A DNA stretch of 64,000 nucleotides from assembly GCA_965218585.1 (NCBI GenBank), contig CBDCLE010000026.1, positions 32,001 through 96,000 of the forward strand, read 5' to 3'. The notes under the pieces are model-generated. The model was not told where the DNA came from. It was given only the letters and a program-made list of their open reading frames with translations, and did no database searches. Source of the stretch: Terriglobia bacterium (lineage in GTDB: Bacteria > Acidobacteriota > Terriglobia > 20CM-2-55-15). This document shows positions 20,935 to 30,679 of this stretch, in pieces. The position numbers and the translations under genes are program-made. Numbering within the stretch: position 1 is the first letter of the stretch; each line of letters opens with the position of its first letter.

Positions 20935-22029
20935 ATGACTAGACCCAAGATTCTCGTAACCTCAGCCGCCGGACGTACTGGCACTGCTGCCGTTTTGCAA
21001 TTCCTGGAAAAGGGATTCCGTGTTCGCGCCTTCGTTCGCCGACCTGATGCCCGAAGTGATGCTTTGGAGGCAGCAGGGGCCGAAGTATTCGTCGGTGATC
21101 TGTTCGACCTTCGCGACCTTCGAAAAGCAATGTCTGGCGTTCAGAGGGCATATCATTGCCCGCCTTTCGCGCCCACTCTCCTGAACGGCGCCATGGTGTT
21201 TGCACTGGCCGCGGAAGAAGCAAAACTCGAAGTGGTCGCGCTGATGAGCGGGTGGAATCCCCATCCGACACATCCTTCGATCGTGAGTCGCGAGCACTGG
21301 ATGGTCAACCAGTTGTACCGCTGGATGCCTTCGGTGGATGTGGTGCATATCAATCCCGGCATATTCGCTTACATATACCTGCTCGGTCTGCCAGCCATCA
21401 TGCACCTGGGAATCCTTTCCGCTCCCTTCGGAGACGGCAGGAACGCGCCTCCTTCCAACGAGGACATCGCCCGCGTCGCCGTAGGCGTACTGACCAACCC
21501 TGGCCCGCACATCGGTAAAAGTTATCGCCCTACGGGTCCAGAACTGCTCTCTCCGGGCGACATGGCCGACATCCTGACCGATGTGGTGGGAAGGAAAGTG
21601 AAATATCAGGATACGCCTTTCAAGATGTTCGCCAAGGCGGCGAAGGCGCTCGACTTCCCTGATTTCGAGGTCGCGCAGTTGCGTTATTACACCGAAGAGA
21701 TACGGAATGGCGCTTATGAGGTTGGCGCGCCTACAGATCACATCGAATCCGTCACCGGGCAGAAGCCGGAGTCCTTCAAGAGCATCGCGCAACGCTATTT
21801 GAAAGACCCGTCGCTGATCCATCCCAAATTGGCCAAGGGAACTAAGGCCGGAGCCCTTGCCTTCGCAGTGCGGATGATGCTGACCCGCCCACCGGACTTC
21901 GAACAGTGGGAACGTGAGCGAGGCTATCCGATACTTAGGGAACCCCTGCTCGCGCATGACAGCAATGAATGGCGATCAGCAGCCCAGAACAAGCAACTTC
22001 TCCTTACGCCGACCTCTCTTGCCGGCTGA
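20935..22029 (+). CDS. NmrA-like atypical SDR NAD(P)-binding protein
   Basis: AAGGAG RBS; ILVTSAAGRTG, VGDLFD, EDIARVA, GPELLS. Confidence 0.85.
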   Translation: MTRPKILVTSAAGRTGTAAVLQFLEKGFRVRAFVRRPDARSDALEAAGAEVFVGDLFDLRDLRKAMSGVQRAYHCPPFAPTLLNGAMVFALAAEEAKLEVVALMSGWNPHPTHPSIVSREHWMVNQLYRWMPSVDVVHINPGIFAYIYLLGLPAIMHLGILSAPFGDGRNAPPSNEDIARVAVGVLTNPGPHIGKSYRPTGPELLSPGDMADILTDVVGRKVKYQDTPFKMFAKAAKALDFPDFEVAQLRYYTEEIRNGAYEVGAPTDHIESVTGQKPESFKSIAQRYLKDPSLIHPKLAKGTKAGALAFAVRMMLTRPPDFEQWERERGYPILREPLLAHDSNEWRSAAQNKQLLLTPTSLAG

Positions 22030-22082
22030 TCGCGTGGGCGGCTATTTGTCGCACTAATTCAAAACGTGAGATATTGCTCACG

Positions 22083-23018
22083 ATGACAGCGGAGCCCTAC
22101 GTCAAGCAGGATCCCGATCCCGCACCTCTTGTCTTTGCGATGCCGGAAGGGGCGATCGATGCCCACATGCATGTGATCGGACCATTCGAACGGTTTCCGC
22201 TTTCGGAGGGATCGAAATATGAGCCCTTTCCTGCCCCCTGGGAGGAACAGAGATCGATTCTCATAAACCAACTGGGATTCTGGGGGTTCGTCGTAGTCCA
22301 GGCTACCTGCCACGGGACAGACAATGATGTGGTCGTCGACGCGCTCGAGCACATGGGAGGACAGGCCGCGGGCGTTGTCAGCGTCGGTGCGGATGTGACG
22401 CCCGAGGAGATCGAACGCCTCCACCGAGCCGGCGTGCGGGGTGTACGCTTCGCTTTCCTGCCGCACATTGTAAGCGATGCGACGACGCCGGATATGATCG
22501 GGCACATCGCGAAAGAGATCCAACCCTTCGGCTGGCACACAGACCTCTACTTCTTACCGAAGAATTTCGATGTGATGGAACCTTTGATACGATCTTTACC
22601 CACTCCCGTCATCATTGATCACATGGGGCGGCCGGATGTGAATATCCCGGTCGGAGAAAACGACTATTTCAAGCGCCTGGTCGAACTGGGTCACAGTCGT
22701 GACGGAATCTTCTGGAAGCTGACGTCCCCGGACCGGTATACGCGCTCCGCACGCCCCGCAGACTGGTCTACAGCGCTCCCGTTCGCACATGAATTACTCC
22801 GGCAGTTTCCGGGCAACGTTATGAGCGGCACGGACCGGCCACGCCCGAACATGAACACCGTCATTGTGACACCCAGAGGTGATCCTCCGAACAAGATGCC
22901 CAACGACGGAGACATCGCGAATCACTGGATCTGGCCTGTCGCGCATGAGGATCCCGAAGTGTTGCGCCAGATACTCGTCGTCAATCCACGCAAGCTCTAC
23001 GATTTCAAGGATCACTGA
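22083..23018 (+). CDS. Amidohydrolase_2 lactonase, LigI (2-pyrone-4,6-dicarboxylate hydrolase)-like
   Basis: DAHMHV, VQATCHGTDN, RGVRF, DHMGRPD, PDR, GTD.P.PN, NPRKLY. Confidence 0.8.
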   Translation: MTAEPYVKQDPDPAPLVFAMPEGAIDAHMHVIGPFERFPLSEGSKYEPFPAPWEEQRSILINQLGFWGFVVVQATCHGTDNDVVVDALEHMGGQAAGVVSVGADVTPEEIERLHRAGVRGVRFAFLPHIVSDATTPDMIGHIAKEIQPFGWHTDLYFLPKNFDVMEPLIRSLPTPVIIDHMGRPDVNIPVGENDYFKRLVELGHSRDGIFWKLTSPDRYTRSARPADWSTALPFAHELLRQFPGNVMSGTDRPRPNMNTVIVTPRGDPPNKMPNDGDIANHWIWPVAHEDPEVLRQILVVNPRKLYDFKDH

Positions 23019-23464
23019 TGCCGCATTTGAGACTGGAAGTCCCTGAAGAATGGCTGGAGGAGGATTTCATCGAGACTACGAGTTTCGATGCCCGCAGGCT
23101 ACTGGATGATCTGGTTGACGTTGTTGCCGAGCTTGAGATGGAAGACACCGAGAGCGGTGAAATGATCCAGATGATTAACAAACCCAACCTCAAACACGCC
23201 ATCATCCCCATTCGCCACTCCGGGGTCGGAGGAAATCGAACCCGGGGTTTTCTCCACCTCACCTTCTCCGCCGGCAACGACAAGCCGGGACGCACGGCCG
23301 CAGTCCGTCGGCGTGCGGCCCAAATCCTGGGGAATGCGATCGATGAATTCGCTGGAAACCTGCCGGATCTGGCATCGGTGACGGTTCACGTTAAGGACAT
23401 CGACAGGGATCGTGGCTATTCCACGACTGCAGAACGGAAGAGGAAGCGCGAACAGGATTCCTAA
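23018..23464 (+). CDS. Tautomerase-superfamily protein, CHMI (HpaF/HpcD)-like
   Basis: N-terminal MPHLRLE (Pro-1), FLHLT...GR; TGATG overlap with the upstream gene. Confidence 0.6.
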   Translation: MPHLRLEVPEEWLEEDFIETTSFDARRLLDDLVDVVAELEMEDTESGEMIQMINKPNLKHAIIPIRHSGVGGNRTRGFLHLTFSAGNDKPGRTAAVRRRAAQILGNAIDEFAGNLPDLASVTVHVKDIDRDRGYSTTAERKRKREQDS

Positions 23465-23465
23465 A

Positions 23466-23500
23466 GAAAAGGCCTTCCGGCAACTCCGGAAGGCCTTTTC
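23466..23500. terminator. Bidirectional intrinsic terminator
   Basis: GAAAAGGCCTTCCGG-CAACT-CCGGAAGGCCTTTTC between convergent genes. Confidence 0.85.
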
Positions 23501-23539
23501 ACATACGGCGTGTCTTTTCTCGCAATGTATCGCTGTCCG

Positions 23540-24442
23540 TTACGCGGCAGCCTCCTGGGCGGCCTCAGACTCGATCAGTCGGCGCGCAAACCGGATGAAG
23601 ATCAACGCCGTTGCGGGCATGATCGCGGCGTAGATTAGCGCCGCGACCGCAAGCGCCGGATTCTGGAGAATATTGAACGTAATGGCAAAGGCCAACGCGA
23701 GATTCTGCACGCCTACCTCATAGGTGATCGTCACCACCTGGGGTGCTGGCAGACCAAACAACTTTGCAAGCCCGAAGCCCAGGCCCATCGTGAGCAGGTT
23801 CATCGTGATGACCAGAGGTCCGACGCTCGTGATTTCCGCCAGGATGATGTCCCAACTGGAAAGCACACCAAGACCCAGCACCAGGTACAGAAGGTAGAGA
23901 ACCATCTTTCGAATCGGTTCCTCGGCCTTCTTGGCCATCTCCGGCTGCAGGTAGCGAATGAACATACCCAGCGCCACGGGTAACAATGTCAACAGGATCA
24001 AATCCTGAAGCATGTTGAGTACCGGCAGTACGGGTCTCTCATCGGAACCCATGAAAGTCTGAAGTGCCAGAAACGTGAGGAAGGGGATCGTAAACACGGT
24101 GATCATGCTGGTCACGGCGGCCAGTGTGACGCACAGCGGGACGTCACCGCGTGCGGCGAACGTGTAGGCGTTCGACGTCACACCGCTCGGACAGATGGCC
24201 AGGATCACGAGGCCCACGGCCACCGTCGGCGCCGGACCAAAGATCCATGCAAAAGCGAACGCCGTCAGCGGGAGACCGATTAACTGGGCTGTCAGGCCGA
24301 TCGCTGCCGCCTTCGGAAATGTGATTACGCGTTTGAAGTCAGCCAGGGTCAGCGACAGTCCCAGGCCCAGCATGACCAGACGCAGCACCCAGGGGATCAC
24401 TGTAGCGTTGATTAACTGACTCTGTTCAGCAAGAAAATCCAT
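23540..24442 (-). CDS. Bile acid:sodium symporter (BASS) family transporter
   Basis: MLGLGLSLT..DF, CPSGVTSN, GDVPL, EVGVQN. Confidence 0.9.
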   Translation of the reverse strand: MDFLAEQSQLINATVIPWVLRLVMLGLGLSLTLADFKRVITFPKAAAIGLTAQLIGLPLTAFAFAWIFGPAPTVAVGLVILAICPSGVTSNAYTFAARGDVPLCVTLAAVTSMITVFTIPFLTFLALQTFMGSDERPVLPVLNMLQDLILLTLLPVALGMFIRYLQPEMAKKAEEPIRKMVLYLLYLVLGLGVLSSWDIILAEITSVGPLVITMNLLTMGLGFGLAKLFGLPAPQVVTITYEVGVQNLALAFAITFNILQNPALAVAALIYAAIMPATALIFIRFARRLIESEAAQEAAA

Positions 24443-24579
24443 AGTCTCTTTAACTCCCCAGGAAGAAGTGCACGTGGCCCGAAACCTCTCATTCCGAAGA
24501 TCCAAATCCGTCCGGTCGGGAAAACCACGTGAAGTCTATAAAATTGTGAGAGTTAACGTCAATGAAAGCCTTCGATGAT

Positions 24580-24641
24580 CTGTAGGTGCGTTCTATGAAC
24601 CCACAAACATGAAGACGTGCGCTCATAGAGCGCACCTACAG
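24580..24641. repeat. Inverted doublet of GTAG-type REP-like sequences
   Basis: CTGTAGGTGCGTTCTATGAACCCAC and GTGCGCTCATAGAGCGCACCTACAG, 25-bp arms with 3 mismatches. Confidence 0.7.
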
Positions 24642-24690
24642 AAGAGGATCGGGATTTATTTGAAAAGGACCCGGAGCACAACGTGGGAGA

Positions 24691-27126
24691 ATGGAGTCGC
24701 TGGTCATGTCTTTAACAAGCCCATTCAAGAAAGGCACCAAGGCGCTCACATGGAACGGTGAAGCCGTCCTGCGCGACTACCGGGTCGGCATCCGAAGCCG
24801 CCACGCAAGCGTCGTCGGACGCATGGAGGTTTTTTCGGGCAAAGCAAAGTTCGGGATCTTTGGTGCCGGCAAGGAAGTCGCGCAGATGGCCATGGCCTAC
24901 GCCTTTCAGAAGGGGGATTTCCGTTCCGGCTACTACCGGGACCAGACGCTCATGTTTGCGCTGGATATGCTGAGCCTAGAACAGTTCTTTGCCCAGCTCT
25001 ACGCACACGCGGATCTGGAGGCCGAACCGGCTTTTGGCGGTCGTTCGATGACTGGCCACTTCGCGACGCGGCTCCTGGACGAGGACGGCAACTTCAAGCC
25101 TCAGGTTGACCGGTATAACTCAACGGCCGATCTCTCTCCCACAGGCGCCCAGATGCCCCGACTCGTGGGACTTGCCTATGCTTCAAAGCTTTACCGGGAT
25201 CTGGAGAGTCTGAAAGAGGTCCGAGGGCCGTTTTCGGACAACGGCAACGAAATAGCTTTTGGCACGATCGGAAACGCCAGTTGCGCGGAAGGCATCTTCT
25301 GGGAATCGGTGAACGCCGTGGGTGTCCTCCAGGTACCCATGCTTTGCTCGATCTGGGATGACGGTTTTGGAATATCCGTTCCGAACGAATTCCAGATGAC
25401 GAAGGGAGATATCGGCCGCATTCTGGAAGGCTTCGGCCGTCGTCCGGGTGGTCGGCCCGGAATCGGCATCTATGTCGTCAAGGGATGGGACTATCCCGAG
25501 CTCTGTGCCACTTACCTGGAAGCAACCGAACAGATGCGGATCGACCACACACCCGCAATCATTCATGTGACAGAACTCACCCAGCCGCTGGGTCATTCCA
25601 CCTCTGGAAACCACGAGCGGTACAAGTCGCCCGAACGGCTGGAATGGGAAAAGGAACATGATTGCCTGTCGAGGATGAGGGAATGGATCATCGAGAAGGG
25701 TTTCGCTGGTCCGGAAGAATTGGACGACCTTGAAGCGACGGAAAAGCAGGAGGTCCTGGCGGCCAGAGACCGGGCATGGTCCGGGTTCCGGACGCCCATC
25801 GAGGACGAACGGCGCTCGGTGATCTCGATGGCCGAAACCATCGAGAAAGAATCCCGTAACCCGGACTCCGTCACCCGACTCCGGCAGTCGCTCGAGAGCC
25901 TGCCAATACCGCATCGCAGGAATATCGTGGCTACGGCTACGGAGATCCTTTTCACGGTGAAGGACCAAGGATTGAACACCGCTGCCTTACGCGAGTGGAA
26001 GCAGGAACAGGAAAAGATCAATCGGGAACGTTATGGCTCGGATCTGTATAGCGAATCCACCAGGTCGGCATTGGCGGTACCCGCAGTTGCTGCCCGTTAC
26101 TCTGAAGGTCCTCCGATCTTCAAGGGATTCGAGATCATCCAGGCCTGCATGGACGAAGCTTTTTCACGATTCCCTAACCTGGTCGCGATTGGAGAAGACG
26201 TCGGTCTGCTGGGCGGCGTCAATCAGGGGTGGGCTCACCTTCAGGAAAGATTCGGTTCGCAAAGAATTTCAGACACCGGAATCCGGGAGGCGACGATCGT
26301 GGGACAGGCGATCGGAATGGCTCTTCGAGGACTCCGTCCCATCGCAGAGATTCAATACCTGGACTATGTCCTCTACGCGCTCCAGATCATCTCCGACGAT
26401 CTGGCGTCGCTGCGCTGGCGTACACGGGGAGGACAGAAGGCGCCGGTCATCATCAAGACACGAGGGCACCGGCTTGAGGGCATATGGCATTCCGGTTCGC
26501 CGATGTCGGGAATCATCAATCTCGTCCGTGGTATCTACGTGTGTGTCCCAAGGAATTCTGTCCAGGCTGCGGGTTTCTACAACACCCTCCTCCGATCCGA
26601 TGACGCCGCGTTGATCGTCGAAGTCCTGAACAGCTATCGCAAGAAGGAAGCGCTGCCGGAAAACATCGGCGACTATACGCTGCCTCTCGGGATCCCAGAG
26701 ATTCTGCGGGAAGGTGCTGACGTTACGCTCGTCACTTATGGCGCGTGCTGTGCTGTTGCCGAAGAAGCTGCAACTATGCTCGACACGACCGGTATCGATG
26801 TAGAGATCATCGACGTCGGCACATTGCTCCCGTTCGATCTCGAAGGAGTCATCCTTGAATCGCTCAAGAAAACCAATCGGATTCTCTTCCTCGACGAGGA
26901 TGGTCCCGGCGGAGCAACCGCATACATGATGCGGGAAGTGATCGAGCGCCAGGGCGGCTTCGAGTGGCTGGACGGAGCCCCCAGAACACTGACGGCGCCC
27001 CCGCATCGCCCCGCCTACGGTTCAGACGGGGACTACTTTTCAAAGCCGAATAGAGAACAAGTGGTCGAGACGATTTACGAGATGATGGGGAGGTCGGACC
27101 CGGCGAAGTTTCCACCGTTCTTGTGA
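24691..27126 (+). CDS. Fused alpha/beta E1 of a 2-oxoacid (probably branched-chain) dehydrogenase
   Basis: YYRDQ, GNASCAEG..WDDGFG TPP region, GHSTSG, GEDVG, DTGIRE, EIQYLDY. Confidence 0.85.
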   Translation: MESLVMSLTSPFKKGTKALTWNGEAVLRDYRVGIRSRHASVVGRMEVFSGKAKFGIFGAGKEVAQMAMAYAFQKGDFRSGYYRDQTLMFALDMLSLEQFFAQLYAHADLEAEPAFGGRSMTGHFATRLLDEDGNFKPQVDRYNSTADLSPTGAQMPRLVGLAYASKLYRDLESLKEVRGPFSDNGNEIAFGTIGNASCAEGIFWESVNAVGVLQVPMLCSIWDDGFGISVPNEFQMTKGDIGRILEGFGRRPGGRPGIGIYVVKGWDYPELCATYLEATEQMRIDHTPAIIHVTELTQPLGHSTSGNHERYKSPERLEWEKEHDCLSRMREWIIEKGFAGPEELDDLEATEKQEVLAARDRAWSGFRTPIEDERRSVISMAETIEKESRNPDSVTRLRQSLESLPIPHRRNIVATATEILFTVKDQGLNTAALREWKQEQEKINRERYGSDLYSESTRSALAVPAVAARYSEGPPIFKGFEIIQACMDEAFSRFPNLVAIGEDVGLLGGVNQGWAHLQERFGSQRISDTGIREATIVGQAIGMALRGLRPIAEIQYLDYVLYALQIISDDLASLRWRTRGGQKAPVIIKTRGHRLEGIWHSGSPMSGIINLVRGIYVCVPRNSVQAAGFYNTLLRSDDAALIVEVLNSYRKKEALPENIGDYTLPLGIPEILREGADVTLVTYGACCAVAEEAATMLDTTGIDVEIIDVGTLLPFDLEGVILESLKKTNRILFLDEDGPGGATAYMMREVIERQGGFEWLDGAPRTLTAPPHRPAYGSDGDYFSKPNREQVVETIYEMMGRSDPAKFPPFL

Positions 27127-27352
27127 TTGTGGTCTCTTGAATATCCAGAACCACCGCAGAAGATTTCGCTCCCTCGTTCATTCGGACATCCTGTCCGAAC
27201 GAGGGTCGACCCTCGCCATCATCCTGATGGCGAGGCCTTTAGGGATCAAGAGAATCCCGAAACGAGCCCAGGCGTCAGTGTCAGAATTTGATCAGACCTG
27301 AAAGAAACTGTAAAGCAAGGAACTTCGGACTATGACTGCCCGGGTAGGAACG

Positions 27353-28627
27353 CTACAACGCACACGTCCGAAACCCGGCCACGATGTTTCGTCGGTGGCG
27401 CATGAAGAAGTTCCGCCAGGTGTTGCGGACCAACTTGGAGCGCGAAGCAAATCCACCGCCACGAAGGACCGGCTTTTGCCCGAAGTAGGGCTGGGAATAC
27501 TCTGCATAGACGTCTGGTGTGAATCCGGGATAGGGTTCCAACAGGCCGTCGGTCCACTCCCAGATGTTGCCGATCATCTGACGGCAGCCGAAAACGCTGT
27601 CCCCCTCCGGGTAAGCGCTGACGTCTACGACACCCAGGTGGCTCCAGTCAAGGTTAGCGCGCTCCGCGGTCGGAAGTTCCTGGCCCCAGGGAAAGGGTCG
27701 CTTTTCATAACCTGAAGCAGCCAGCTCCCACTCGGCCTCGGTCGGGAGCCTGCGGCCGGCCCACCGGCAATACGCCCGGGCCTCATACCAGTTGATGTGA
27801 ACAACGGGGTCGTCAGGTCTCAATCGAAACTCTCCGTCGAAGAGTTTCTGCATCCAGGCCCCGTGCGATTTCCGCCAGAACAGGGGATGGGTCGCGCCTT
27901 CGCGGCGGCGCCATTCGAAACCGCTCTTCCGCCAGAACCGCCTCACCCCGTATCCCCCATCTTCGACGAATTCGAGAAACTCGGCGTTTGTCACAGGTGA
28001 GTTGGCGATGCGGAATGGCTTGATATCGACATCGTGCGCCCACTTTTCGTTGTCCAGGACAAAGGAACCATCTTTCCCCGCACCGAGAGAATACGTTCCG
28101 CCTGGAATCTCCACGTCTCTCCGTATAAACGACGGGTCCGGTGAAACCGGCCTCTCTTCGAACTCGGGTTTCGCGTATCCCAAGGTCTGCCGAAGCATGC
28201 ACAGGTTTTCCGAGTGCATATATTCATGCTGCGCAGCCAGCCAGTAGAGATGTCTCTCAACTTCGTCCGGTTCCCGTCCTGCCAACCTGTCGATCGAACG
28301 ATCAAGGACTGTCTGCAGATAATTCAGGGTTTCGTCACGCGACAGAAAGTCGTGATCCCAGCGAACCTTGTAGGACACGTTGAACGCATCGTAGATGCCG
28401 TCACCATCAGCGATGATAGCTTTCGCCTGTTCGAGATTCCGAAGGATCCAGTACTCCTGGAACCAGCCGACGTGTCCGGCCTCCCAGATTGGTGGTTCGA
28501 GGAAATGGCCCTTCGAACCCAGCAACTGCTCACCGGAAAGATCAGAGAACAGTGCAAGCTGGCTCTCGCGGGCATCACGAAGATCTTCTATAAGATCTTC
28601 GGCGGTCTTTCCTACATCGGTGGACAT
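27353..28627 (-). CDS. EgtB/SenA-like non-heme iron sulfoxide/selenoxide synthase (DinB_2 + FGE-sulfatase fold)
   Basis: PPIWEAGHVGWFQE, HEYMH, RLPTEAEWE, GNIWEW, YAEYSQPYFG, RNFF..AGFR. Confidence 0.85.
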   Translation of the reverse strand: MSTDVGKTAEDLIEDLRDARESQLALFSDLSGEQLLGSKGHFLEPPIWEAGHVGWFQEYWILRNLEQAKAIIADGDGIYDAFNVSYKVRWDHDFLSRDETLNYLQTVLDRSIDRLAGREPDEVERHLYWLAAQHEYMHSENLCMLRQTLGYAKPEFEERPVSPDPSFIRRDVEIPGGTYSLGAGKDGSFVLDNEKWAHDVDIKPFRIANSPVTNAEFLEFVEDGGYGVRRFWRKSGFEWRRREGATHPLFWRKSHGAWMQKLFDGEFRLRPDDPVVHINWYEARAYCRWAGRRLPTEAEWELAASGYEKRPFPWGQELPTAERANLDWSHLGVVDVSAYPEGDSVFGCRQMIGNIWEWTDGLLEPYPGFTPDVYAEYSQPYFGQKPVLRGGGFASRSKLVRNTWRNFFMRHRRNIVAGFRTCAL

Positions 28628-28846
28628 CAACCAGATATTACAGGTTTCGAGGCATCTAGTGGAATAGCCTGCCGAGCCCGTGGGTCCATCGAAGAACATT
28701 TTGTTGACAGTGCCAGCAAGCGGCTCGATCATGACTACTCGTAGAAGATCAGCTCATGCGGGCAGGAGGTGAGACAGGCTCGGGCAAAGTTGACCGAGAG
28801 CATGTCTTATCCCATGCCTCAACGATGCCTTAACAAGGGAATCTTC

Positions 28847-30646
28847 ATGTCGAGACGTTTACTTTCGAAGGCTGTCATTCTTGCCCTCTGCCTGGTCCCC
28901 TTACCCGCCAGAGCTCAACTGAACCTGCCGACTCCACCCGACCATTACGAAAATTTCAACGTTGACCTGGCTGGCATCAGTCTGCTGAACACTCTGCTGC
29001 CGCAATTGGACGTGGAATCTCAGAGGATGGTCCAGCAGATGCTCGGTCCGCGGTCGGCCCGAACGCCTCCTCCAGTGCCTCGCTCCGCGGCCTTGAGCCT
29101 TCTACGCTCGCTCGACCTTGAACCGTTCCGTGGAGAGATTCTGGAATTACTGATACATCATTCCAGCGTTCTCGACGTTGTTCCCGATGGCGCCTCGGAC
29201 TGGATTCCGGTTGTCCACGATTCACTCCTGTTTTTTCTGGACCGATCGGGGAACGAACGGCTGTTTGAGCGCGTTCTGAACTTCGTCTACCTGCCTTCCG
29301 GTGCGAGCAGGGGGGAACGCCTGCTGACATTCACTGACAGAACGCCATCGTTGCAAAAAATAGGCCAGATTCTGGCTCGCAACCCGGACCTCCCAACAGA
29401 TCTCCGTGGGGCACTACAAACTCTCGAAAACGATATCGATACAGCTGATCCTGATGAAATAGTGAGCCTCATCAAGGAGGACATCGGGCAAGAGCCAATC
29501 GACACGTTTCGAGTCCGGTTTGCCGAAGACATCCTGGCTGAAGCCAGCATGGGAGCGGTTATGCGTGCCAGGGTAGTCCGGGCGGATGAAGAAGGAGAAG
29601 AGGATATCGTTTTCAAGGTCGTCAAACCTTATGTCCTGCGGTCGCTGCCTCGGGAACTCGAAATACTCGACGAACTCTCCCTGTTCTTCGAGGAGCATAG
29701 TAGCGACTACGGCCTCGGTGATGTCCCGCTTTCCGACACGTTTCGGGATGTGGAAGCGGCACTTTCGAGCGAGATCCGTATCTCGGATGAACAGATCAAC
29801 CTGGCTTCAGCTGAAACCTACTACGCCGACAACCCCAGAATCCGCGTACCTCACCTTCATCCGCTTTCGACTCCGAACGTTACGGCAATGGAATTTGTAG
29901 TCGGGGACAAGATCACCGATGCGCACCTGGGCCGTCCGGATGACCGGAGGGAGATGGCCCGCCGGCTGAGCGACGTTCTCACGATCGATGTAATATTCGC
30001 CTCCCAAGAAGAAGCAATATTCCACGGTGATCCTCACGCCGGCAACGTCTTTCATATTTCAGAAGACGCAACCGATCCCTACCAGATTGCGCTATTGGAT
30101 TGGGGGCTCTACGGTAGTTTTGGGCGCGAGCAACGCGAACAACTTGTCCAACTGGTACTCGGCGTCCATCTGGGAAACACCAAGCGGGTCGAGAACAATG
30201 TGGGGGCGCTGATTGAAGAATGGCCGCCGGCTTCGGCCGCCGAATACGACACGATAAAGGATATCGTCAACCAGACCGTGTAGCAACGGCAGGACATATT
30301 CCCCACGCTCCAGAATCTTATAGTTCAGCTTGCCACAGCTGGATTTCAGACTCGCTTCAACGTCGCGCTCTTCGTCAAGTCACAGATAACGATCGCAGGA
30401 ATACTGCTGGAACTCGACCCGGACTTTGATCAGGATGCTTACATGTTGGATCGCGCAACCGGTCTGGTCTGGAAGGAATTCCCCAAGCATCTGCTCAATG
30501 TTCTCTGGTTTCCATCATGGAACTCGCACGATTACCGAAGCATGCTTTCCAACGAAGACATCCGTGACATGTGGACTCAGCAGGTCGGACGATTTTTCAA
30601 GAGCGTGGGTAGCGGATTCGCACGGGTTGTAACCGCACCTTTCTAG
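28847..30646 (+). CDS. ABC1/UbiB atypical kinase with signal peptide; interrupted by in-frame TAG at 30281-30283
   Basis: QKIGQ, EASMGAV, VFKV, HGDPHAGN, LDWG; same frame continues 120 codons past the TAG (LFVKSQITIAGILLELDPDF). Confidence 0.8.
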
Positions 30647-30679
30647 ACATGTCGTAATTGGAGGATCGCGCTCGCTTGC

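Noticed and set aside
20962-21957. Long antisense ORFs (also 44574-45632, 37904-38785, 47198-48064, 39281-40144)
   Set aside because: Shadow frames opposite well-supported genes in GC-rich DNA, no recognisable motifs
27353-28627. Selenoprotein or complete selenoneine cluster
   Set aside because: No in-frame TGA and no senB/selD neighbours in the window
15219-30283. Genome-wide TAG recoding or pyrrolysine
   Set aside because: TAG ends many genes at natural termini (DUF5916 after YTFRF, fpr after EKYW, ilvB); no pyl genes in the window
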